Positions 12,353-20,000 of a stretch of DNA of 20,000 nucleotides are shown here, piece by piece. The stretch is from positions 118,530 through 138,529 of the forward strand of contig CAIWCD010000007.1 in the NCBI GenBank assembly GCA_903911145.1, given 5' to 3'. The position numbers were made by a program, and so were the translations under genes. The first letter of the stretch is position 1, and every line of letters starts with the position of its first letter. A model generated the notes under the pieces. It was not told the DNA's origin. It did no database searches and worked only from the letters and a program-made list of their open reading frames with translations. Source of the DNA: an uncultured delta proteobacterium. Lineage in GTDB: Bacteria > Myxococcota > Myxococcia > Myxococcales > 40CM-4-68-19.

Positions 12353-12652
12353 CTACTTGGACTTCTTCGCCTTGGCGTTGTCGAGCGCGCGCACGCCCTC
12401 GACGAGCGCGTCGAGGAAGAACTGCTCGTAGGGCCGGCCGTCCTTGTCCGCCGCCGCCTCGACGAGTTCGCGCACGAACGTGGGCACCGAGTGCAGCGTG
12501 TAGACCTCGACGGCCTTCTCGATGGTGCTCAGCATCGTACCGGGGCCGTGCGCGCGCACGCGCTCCATCAAGCTGCGCGGGAGGGCGATGGTGGTCCGCT
12601 CGCGCTCTTCGCTACGATGGGGACGAATGTTGTTTCCGCCTTTGGATGTCAT
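12353..12652 (-). CDS. Small ribbon-helix-helix-like DNA-binding protein (hypothetical)
   Basis: RTTIALPRSLMERVR fits the RHH beta-strand/helix pattern; high-GC3 codon usage; start uncertain (12652 or 12691). Confidence 0.6.
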   Translation of the reverse strand: MTSKGGNNIRPHRSEERERTTIALPRSLMERVRAHGPGTMLSTIEKAVEVYTLHSVPTFVRELVEAAADKDGRPYEQFFLDALVEGVRALDNAKAKKSK

Positions 12653-13118
12653 AGGCGTCTGATTAGCATGCCCTGAACGATGCGTATACACGCATCTCTA
12701 TTGGCTCTGGGCGATAGGACTTTCAAGAGGCGATCCGGGTCTGATAACGAAACTTACGTCCACTCGGCTCGCCGACACTTGCGTGCCAGCGAGAGAAGAG
12801 CACCGCGCGCGGGGCGCGCGCAAGGAGAGACTCTGCCCCTCCGACGCCGTCGGCCCGCTTCTGGCGGCTGCGGATGCTCGACGAGAACTCCCGGGACCAG
12901 GCACCAAAGAAACTGATCGCGAGCCTGGCTGCCGCTGAACGCCTTATCGCCCTCAATGATCTTGTGAGCAGGAATCAACGCCGCGCAGACCCACCCTCGC
13001 CCGCGCTGAGCTACGACAGACTCTGCAGCTCGGTGCTTAAAGCGATTGCGTGATCAGACATCAATTCGGCGCCCGCTCCACGTATCGCCGTTACGTGTAA
13101 TTCCTGGTGGAGGTGAGT

Positions 13119-13487
13119 GTGAATGTGACTCGCGACGTAGAGCCGAGACGGGGCAGGACGCTTGCCATCGTCGCGCTCATCCTTTCCTGCTGCCTGTTTT
13201 TTCCCCCGCTGGTACTTGTCGGAATCGTTCTTGGAGTCATGGCGCACATCCGCATTCCGGCCGGACAACCGAAGAGACTTGCCACCGCTGCCATCTGCGC
13301 TGGAGGGGCCAGCATGATTGTGTTGGGGATCTTCGCTGCCCTTGAGATTCGGACATTTGATTTGGCTCTTGCCCAATCACGGCTACGGCGATCACAATCG
13401 CCGCAAGTTGGCGCTCGATCAAACGTATCTTCAGTCGATAATCACGCGGGTCTGGTTCGCACTGCTCCTCGAGCGGACGGACATTGA
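13119..13487 (+). CDS. DUF4190-like membrane protein, possibly truncated or degenerate
   Basis: LAIVALILS..LFFPPLVLVGIVLGVMAHIRI....KRLATAAI.AG matches the DUF4190 pattern; GGAGG at 13109-13113 before GTG. The C-terminal third looks unstructured. Confidence 0.55.
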   Translation: MNVTRDVEPRRGRTLAIVALILSCCLFFPPLVLVGIVLGVMAHIRIPAGQPKRLATAAICAGGASMIVLGIFAALEIRTFDLALAQSRLRRSQSPQVGARSNVSSVDNHAGLVRTAPRADGH

Positions 13488-13582
13488 TCCGAACGCCAAT
13501 GTTGGACGACTGCGCGGCTGCGATCGCTGGTTGACCACGGCTGCGCGATTGTCCGGCCGTTGATCGTTGAGCCATCGACGGA

Positions 13583-16500
13583 CTATTGCGGCCATGGCCC
13601 CACCGATACCGGTGTCGCGCTGTTGCTCGTGCTGTTGTTGCCGAGCTCGCCGTTCGTGTTGCGCCCCCAGCACTCCGCGGCCCCGTTGACGATTCCGCAT
13701 CCCGGGAAATAGGCAGATACGGACTGCACCCCACTCGTCACGCCGGAGATCGCGACGGGTATACTGCTGTTGGTTACGAAGTCATTTCCCCACGACTCCG
13801 CACCGCCGTTCACCAATGCGAGCGTGTAGTACTCACCCGCCGACACGCTCTGGACTCCCGAGGACAGTCCCCACGCAGTCACGGGAATGAAACTGTCGGC
13901 AACGTAGGTATCGTTGCCGAGTTCAGTCTGATTGTTATCGCCCCAGCACTGCACGCTGCCGTTCAGCAACACGCATGAATGATAATAACCGACGGAGAGT
14001 GCCTCGACGCCGCTCTGCAGGCCGGTGACGGCCACGGGAACATTGCTATAGGAGACGGAAGTGTTGTTATTGCCGAGCTGGCCGTAGGTATTGTCTCCCC
14101 AGCATTGCACCCCTCCATTCACCAGAGCACAGGAGTGTTGCATTCCCGCTCCCACAGACTGGACGCCGCTGGTCAGCCCAGTGACGGACACTGGAGTGAT
14201 CTGAGTATAAGTATTGCTATTGCCAAGCTCCCCCTTGGAATTGTAGCCCCAGCACTGAACTCCACCGTTTACGATCGCGCAGGTATGGTCCCAGCCGGCG
14301 GAGATCTGCTGCACTCCGCTGGTCAAACCCTGTGGCTGAACCGGCACCGAAGAGTCCGTCGTGGAGTGGTTTCCAAGCTCCCCGTATCCATCACTTCCCC
14401 AACACTGTGCGCCGCCGTTGACAACTGCGCAGGCGTGCAAGGCTCCCGAGGAGACCGATTGAACTCCGCTCCTAAGCCCGTATACACGAACCGGCAGATA
14501 TTGATCGCTGACTGAATTATCTCCCAGGTTGGAATATAGACCAGAGCCCCAACATTCAGCGCCTCCGGCGTAGACGGCGCAAGCGAATCCACTCCCCATG
14601 GAGAGCTGCGAGATGCCACCCCAAAGACCGGGAACCTGAACCGCGACATAGCTGTCGGTTGTCGTGTTGTTGCCGAGTTCGCCCTGGCCATTGAGTCCCC
14701 AGCATTCGATTTGGCTATTGATGTTCGCGCATGAATGTCCGCCGCCGATCGCTATGCTCTGTGCGCCGCTCGACAGCGAGGTTGCCAGGACAGGAATAAG
14801 GCTATTGGCGGTCTGGTTGTTTCCCAGCTGTCCGTTGGTATTCGATCCCCAGCACCGGACCGCTCCGTTTGATACGACGCAGCTATGCGAGGCGCCCGCG
14901 GATATGCTCTGCACGCCAGACGAGAGACTCGATACGAGGAGCGGTACGCTGCTGTTTGCCGTCGAGTTGTTCCCCAGCTCGCCGGCAGCATTATCGCCCC
15001 AGCATTGAACGCCGCCGTTCAGCAGAGCGCAGCTGTGAATCGTTCCCGTGGCGATGGCTTGAACACCGGTGGTCATACCGGTCACTGCAGCGGGAATCAG
15101 GCTGCCAGTCGTCGAGTTATTGCCGAGCTGCCCGCTCGCATTGGCGCCCCAACACTGGACTCCACCGTTTCGAAGAGCGCAGGTATGAAGCTCGCCGGCA
15201 GCAATGGCAGGTACTCCGCCAGACAAGCTGGATACGGAGACCGGAACTAGACTGTTGGAGGTCGAATTATTTCCCAGCTCTCCGTCTGAATTGTAGCCCC
15301 AGCACTGAACAGCGCCGTTGGCTACGGCACAGGCGTGCCACTGCCCGACGGCGATGGCCTGCACTCCGCTCGTCAGCCCCGATACAGCGGTGGGAACGAG
15401 GCTCGCAAGCGTCGTGTTGTTTCCCAGCTGCCCATAGGTATTGTCGCCCCAGCACTGCGCTCCACCATTCACGATGGCGCAGGTGTTCTGCCATCCGGTG
15501 GCGATGGCTTGAACTCCGGTCGTGACGTTCGCGACGGACACGGGCACAGGGCTGCTCACCGTCGAATTGATTCCGAGCTGCCCTTGCGCATTGGCTCCCC
15601 AGCACATGGCGCCGCCATTGACGATGGAGCACGCGTGCTGATCGCCGACAGCGATCGACTCGACTGCACCGATCGATGCAGGAGAGAGAACAAACGAGTT
15701 GCTCGTGGGCTGCGTGTAAGTGCTGTCCGATGCAGTGAGCGTGTAGCTCCCGACGGCCCCGGTGAGCGACAGTGAAGGGAAGGTCGCCACTCCATTGACC
15801 GCCGCCTGTGAATTTCCCGTCAAGGTTCCCGCGCTCGACGTGAGCGTGATGGTATCCTTCGCCGAAGTGACAAGATTTCCCGCCGCATCCTTAATGGATA
15901 CCGAGACCGATGGATATATCAACGAACCCGAGTACGACGCCGTCGGCTGTTGGACGAACGCGAGCTGCGTCGGCGTCCCGGCGGTGACCGTAAAGTTGCA
16001 GTTTAGGAACCCGTTCGATATCCCCGGGGTCGATGCGAGCAGGGTGTAGCCACCGGTCGGCGCGGTGAGCGAAAGCGCGGAAAAAGTCGCGACCCCATTG
16101 ACGGCTGCTATCGTGCCGCCCGTCATCGTACCGGCGGCGTACCCGGTGCTGTTGCTGCTCGCGACAACATTGATGGTTGCGGTGGATGTCGTCGCGACAT
16201 GGGTGTCGCTGGAGTCCTCCAGAGAAATGGTCAATGTCGGCGAGAATACTGCTCCCGATTTTATCGTCGACCCCGGGCAACTGAATACAAGCTGAGTGGG
16301 CCCTGGCCCCACAAAGCTATTGCTTGTTACCTGTACGCTCGCTTGCACGGGGTTGCTGTACGCCGTCAGCGTATAGCTGCCAAAATTCCCCGCGAGTTGG
16401 ATGCCGGGAAACGTCGCGATACCGTTCACGGCGGACTGGCCAGTGTTTCCAAACAGGCTGCCGCCGCTCGGGGAGAGCGAGACGTACGCGCTCGAGGTGG

Positions 16501-19500
16501 TGACGATATTGCCTTGGGCGTCTTCGATCGCCACGGACACCGCCGGCGATATCACCAATCCGGCTTGCGGCGTGGTCGGTTGCTGGATGAATGCCATGTG
16601 TATCGCTGCGCCAGCGCTGATCGCGAATAAATTGCTCGTGGCCTGCGTATATGTGCCGCAGGTCGCAGTCAGCGTGTAGCTGCCCACCGTTCCTGCGAGC
16701 TGGAGCGTGGAGAATGTCGCGGTGCCGCTCACGGCAGCTTTCGAACCATTGGAGAGTGTGCCGCCGCTTGCGGCGAGAACGATCGTCGCCGTCGACGACA
16801 CGATATTACCTCCCGGGTCTTCGATCGCGACCGATACCGAAGGCGATATCGTCGCGCCCGACTTGGCTGCGGTCGGCTGCTGGATGAATACAAGCTGCTT
16901 CGCCGCGCCAATGCTGATGGCAAATGAACTGCTCGTCGCCTGCGCATATGTGCCGCTCGTCGCGGTCAGCGTGTAGTTGCCAACCAGCGCTGCGAGCGAA
17001 AGCGATGCGAACGTCGCAACACCGTTGACGGCAGCTTGCGAATTGCCGGTCAAAGTCCCCCCGCTCGCCGCGAGGGCGACGGTATCGCTCGAGGTGGTGA
17101 CGATATTGCCGCCAGAGTCTTCGACGTTGACCGTGACCGACGGCGATATCGTCGCGCCCGCCTGCGCCGCCGTCGGCTGCTGCGCAAAGGCGAGCTTCAT
17201 TGCCGCACCGACGCTGATGGCAAATGAGTTGCTGGTGGCCTGCGTATAGGTGCCGCTGGAGGCGGTCAGCGTGTAGTTGCCCACCAGAGCTGACAGCGCG
17301 AGCGACGCAAACGTGGCGACGCCATTCACCGCTGCTTGCGAATTGCCCGCCAGAGTTCCGCCGCTCGACGTGAGCGCGACGGTATCGGTCGACGAGGTCA
17401 CGATATTGCCGGCCGAGTCTTCGATATTGACCGCGACCGACGGCGAGATCGTCGCGCCCGCCTGCGCTGCGGTCGGCTGCTGAGCGAATGCGAGCTTCTT
17501 CGCTGCACCGGTGCTGATGGCAAATGAGCTGCTCGTCGCCTGGGTATATATGCCGCTTGTCGCAGTCAGCGTGTAGTTGCCGACCAGCGCTGCGAGCGAG
17601 AGCGAGGCGAAGGTTGCAACACCGCTGACGGCAGCTTGTGAATTGCCGCTCAATGCTCCTCCGCTCGAGGCGAGAGCAACGGTCGCGGTCGATGAAGTTA
17701 CCACGTTGCCGCCCGAGTCTTCGATGGAAACGGTGACGGAAGGCGATATCGTCGCGCCCGACTGCGCCGCTGTCGGCTGCTGGCCGAAGACGAGCTGTTT
17801 CGCTGCGCCGGTGCTGATGGCGAATGAGTTGCTCGTCGCCTGCGTAAAGGAGCCGCTCGACGCCGTGAGCGTGTAGTTGCCGACCAGCGCTGCGAGCGAG
17901 AGCGAGGCAAACGTTGCGACTCCGCTGACCGCAGCTTGCGAATTGCCGCTCAATGCTCCTCCGCTTGAGGCGAGAGCCACTGTCGCGGTCGATGAAGTCA
18001 CCACGTTGCCGCCCGAGTCTTCGATGGAGACGGCGACAGAAGGCGATATCGTCGCGCCCGATTGCGCCGCTGTCGGCTGCTGGCTGAACACAAGCTGCTT
18101 TGCCGAACCGGTGCTGATCGCAAAGGAGCTGCTTGTCACCTGCGTATAATTGCCGCTGGTCGCAGTCAGCGTGTAGTTGCCGACCAATGCGGCGAGCGAG
18201 AGGGCCGCAAACGTTGCGGTTCCATTGACTGCCGCCTGTGAATTGCCGGTCAGCGTCCCGCCGCTCGAGGAAAGCGCCACTGTGTCGCTCGCCGTGGTGA
18301 CGATATTGCCCGCGGAGTCTTCGATATTCACTGCGACAGATGGCGATATTGTCGCGCCCGACTGCGCGGCGGTGGGCTGCTGCGCAAAGGCGAGCTTCTT
18401 CGCCGCACCGGTGCTGATCGCGAATGAGCTGCTCGTCGCCTGCGTATAGGTGCCACTCGTCGCGGTCAGCGTGTAGTTGCCGACCAATGCGGCCAGCGAG
18501 AGCGATGCAAACGTCGCTACGCCGTTGACGGCAGCTTGCGAATTGCCCGTCAACGCTCCGCCGCTCGATGTCAGAGCGACTGTGTCGCTCGCCGTGGTGA
18601 CGATATTGCCCGCGGAATCTGCGATATCGACGGTGACCGATGGCGATATCGTCGCGCCCGACTGAGCTGCTGTCGGCTGCTGATTGAATACCAGCTTCTT
18701 TGCCGCGCCAGTGCTGATGGCGAATGAGCTGCTCGTCGTCTGCGTATAGGTGCCGCTCGTCGCGGTCAGCGTGTAGTTGCCGACCAGCGCGGCGAGCGAG
18801 AGCGATGCAAACGTCGCGACGCCGTTCACCGCGGCCTGCGAATTGCCCGTGAGCGTTCCGCCGCTCGACGAGAGCGCCACGGTGTCGCTGGACGAGGTCA
18901 CGATGTTTCCGGCGGAGTCTTCGATATCAACCGTGACCGATGGCGAGATCGTCGCGCCCGACCTCGCGGCGGTTGGCTGCTGATTGAACACAAGCTTTTT
19001 TGCCGCGCCGATGCTGATGGCGAAAGAGCTGCTGGTCGCCTGCGCGTAGGTGCCGCTCGTCGCCGTCAGCGTGTAGTTGCCGACCAGCGCCGCGAGCGAA
19101 AGCGATGCGAACGTCGCAACACCGTTGACGGCAGCTTGCGAATTGCCGGTCACCGTTCCACCGCTCGACGCGAGCGCGATTGTATCGCTCGCTGTAGTCA
19201 CGATGTTGCCGGCGGAGTCTTCAATATTGACCGCGACTGACGGCGAGATCGTTGCGCCCGATTGCGCGGCCGTCGGCTGTTGACCGAAGACAAGTTGGGT
19301 CGGTTCGCCGATGCCGACGCTGAATGAGCTGCTCTCGGCTTGGGCATAGTTGCCGCTCGACGCGGTCAGCGTGTAGTCGCCGACCAGCGCCGCGAGCGAG
19401 AGCGAGGCAAACGTCGCGACGCCGTTCACTGCAGCTTGCGAATTGCCCGTCAGTGCGCCGCCGCTCGAGGTGAGCGCCACTGTGTCGCTCGAGGAGGTGA

Positions 19501-19999
19501 CGAGATTGCCCGCGGAGTCTTCAATGGAGACGCTGACGGATGGCGATATCGTCGCGCCCGACTGCACGGCTATCGGAGGCTGCACGTCAAATGCGAGCTG
19601 CTTCGCCGCGCCGACGCTGATCGCAAATGAGCTGCTCGTCGCCTGCGTATAGGAGCCGCCGCTCGCGGTCAGCGTGTAGTTGCCGACCAGCGCGGCGAGC
19701 GAAAGCGATGCAAACGTCGCGACGCCATTGACGGCCGCTTGCGAATTGCCTGTCAGCGTTCCCCCGTTCGAGGAGAGAGCGACGGTATCGCTCGCCGACG
19801 CCACGATGTTGCCCGCCGAGTCCTCAATATTGACCGCGACCGACGGCGAGATCGTTGCGCCCGACTGCGCCGCGGTCGGCTGCTGAGCGAATGCGAGCTT
19901 CTTCGCTGCGCCCGTGCTGATCGCAAACGAATTGCTCGTCGCCTGCGCGTACGTGCCGCTGCTCGCCGTCAACGTGTAGTTTCCCACCAGCGCGGCGAG
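13583..19999 (-). CDS. Giant repetitive surface/secreted protein: at least 14 tandem ~100-aa Ig-like repeats followed by 14 RCC1/BLIP-II-like repeats (5' end outside window)
   Basis: The frame is open to the window edge. Repeats xxLxFxQQP...VxVxIEDxxGN...AVNGVATFxxLxL...GNYTLTA occur 14 times plus a partial one. The C-terminal ~700 aa has 14 units of I.AG..HxC....G.VQCWGxNxxGQLG. Confidence 0.92.
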   Translation of the reverse strand, partial: LAALVGNYTLTASSGTYAQATSNSFAISTGAAKKLAFAQQPTAAQSGATISPSVAVNIEDSAGNIVASASDTVALSSNGGTLTGNSQAAVNGVATFASLSLAALVGNYTLTASGGSYTQATSSSFAISVGAAKQLAFDVQPPIAVQSGATISPSVSVSIEDSAGNLVTSSSDTVALTSSGGALTGNSQAAVNGVATFASLSLAALVGDYTLTASSGNYAQAESSSFSVGIGEPTQLVFGQQPTAAQSGATISPSVAVNIEDSAGNIVTTASDTIALASSGGTVTGNSQAAVNGVATFASLSLAALVGNYTLTATSGTYAQATSSSFAISIGAAKKLVFNQQPTAARSGATISPSVTVDIEDSAGNIVTSSSDTVALSSSGGTLTGNSQAAVNGVATFASLSLAALVGNYTLTATSGTYTQTTSSSFAISTGAAKKLVFNQQPTAAQSGATISPSVTVDIADSAGNIVTTASDTVALTSSGGALTGNSQAAVNGVATFASLSLAALVGNYTLTATSGTYTQATSSSFAISTGAAKKLAFAQQPTAAQSGATISPSVAVNIEDSAGNIVTTASDTVALSSSGGTLTGNSQAAVNGTATFAALSLAALVGNYTLTATSGNYTQVTSSSFAISTGSAKQLVFSQQPTAAQSGATISPSVAVSIEDSGGNVVTSSTATVALASSGGALSGNSQAAVSGVATFASLSLAALVGNYTLTASSGSFTQATSNSFAISTGAAKQLVFGQQPTAAQSGATISPSVTVSIEDSGGNVVTSSTATVALASSGGALSGNSQAAVSGVATFASLSLAALVGNYTLTATSGIYTQATSSSFAISTGAAKKLAFAQQPTAAQAGATISPSVAVNIEDSAGNIVTSSTDTVALTSSGGTLAGNSQAAVNGVATFASLALSALVGNYTLTASSGTYTQATSNSFAISVGAAMKLAFAQQPTAAQAGATISPSVTVNVEDSGGNIVTTSSDTVALAASGGTLTGNSQAAVNGVATFASLSLAALVGNYTLTATSGTYAQATSSSFAISIGAAKQLVFIQQPTAAKSGATISPSVSVAIEDPGGNIVSSTATIVLAASGGTLSNGSKAAVSGTATFSTLQLAGTVGSYTLTATCGTYTQATSNLFAISAGAAIHMAFIQQPTTPQAGLVISPAVSVAIEDAQGNIVTTSSAYVSLSPSGGSLFGNTGQSAVNGIATFPGIQLAGNFGSYTLTAYSNPVQASVQVTSNSFVGPGPTQLVFSCPGSTIKSGAVFSPTLTISLEDSSDTHVATTSTATINVVASSNSTGYAAGTMTGGTIAAVNGVATFSALSLTAPTGGYTLLASTPGISNGFLNCNFTVTAGTPTQLAFVQQPTASYSGSLIYPSVSVSIKDAAGNLVTSAKDTITLTSSAGTLTGNSQAAVNGVATFPSLSLTGAVGSYTLTASDSTYTQPTSNSFVLSPASIGAVESIAVGDQHACSIVNGGAMCWGANAQGQLGINSTVSSPVPVSVANVTTGVQAIATGWQNTCAIVNGGAQCWGDNTYGQLGNNTTLASLVPTAVSGLTSGVQAIAVGQWHACAVANGAVQCWGYNSDGELGNNSTSNSLVPVSVSSLSGGVPAIAAGELHTCALRNGGVQCWGANASGQLGNNSTTGSLIPAAVTGMTTGVQAIATGTIHSCALLNGGVQCWGDNAAGELGNNSTANSSVPLLVSSLSSGVQSISAGASHSCVVSNGAVRCWGSNTNGQLGNNQTANSLIPVLATSLSSGAQSIAIGGGHSCANINSQIECWGLNGQGELGNNTTTDSYVAVQVPGLWGGISQLSMGSGFACAVYAGGAECWGSGLYSNLGDNSVSDQYLPVRVYGLRSGVQSVSSGALHACAVVNGGAQCWGSDGYGELGNHSTTDSSVPVQPQGLTSGVQQISAGWDHTCAIVNGGVQCWGYNSKGELGNSNTYTQITPVSVTGLTSGVQSVGAGMQHSCALVNGGVQCWGDNTYGQLGNNNTSVSYSNVPVAVTGLQSGVEALSVGYYHSCVLLNGSVQCWGDNNQTELGNDTYVADSFIPVTAWGLSSGVQSVSAGEYYTLALVNGGAESWGNDFVTNSSIPVAISGVTSGVQSVSAYFPGCGIVNGAAECWGRNTNGELGNNSTSNSATPVSVGPWPQ

Positions 20000-20000
20000 C
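15685..20000 (-). repeat. Intragenic tandem repeat array, ~300-bp period
   Basis: GTGTAGT recurs at 16971, 17271, 17571, 17871, 18171, 18471, 18771, 19071, 19371, 19674 and 19974, with more diverged units toward 15700. Confidence 0.95.

Noticed and set aside
12698..13100. Short ORFs between the RHH gene and the DUF4190-like gene
   Set aside because: No consistent codon bias, SD or recognisable motif; left unannotated.
16400..19890. Series of repeated plus-strand ORFs (MPTSAASES...)
   Set aside because: Antisense shadows of the Ig-like repeat array.

Overview
High-GC bacterial chromosome segment; the gene order suggests Myxococcota/deltaproteobacteria (inference). Positions 1-10411 are a housekeeping locus: 3' end of rph, rdgB, five tRNAs (Pro-TGG, Arg-TCT, His-GTG, Lys-CTT, Leu-TAG), tig-clpP-clpX-lon, an RsmJ-like methyltransferase, a frameshifted outer-membrane-protein gene, and tRNA-Val/tRNA-Asp. 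From tRNA-Asp onward there is an integrative element whose tyrosine integrase ORF runs through the antisense strand of tRNA-Asp (as in myxophage Mx8), followed by an excisionase-like gene, an RHH regulator, a DUF4190-like ORF and a giant gene with 14+ Ig-like repeats and 14 RCC1-like repeats. The most striking unexplained signal is a family of four 241-248 nt non-coding elements in the tig-clpP and clpX-lon spacers, arranged as two inverted pairs. Each copy is closed by its own 33-37 nt terminal stem that differs between copies but keeps its pairing, and shares short motifs, covarying internal hairpins and near-fixed spacings. This looks like a structured RNA/ssDNA family that I cannot assign. 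lon also carries 9 in-frame TTA codons versus none seen in tig, clpP or clpX.
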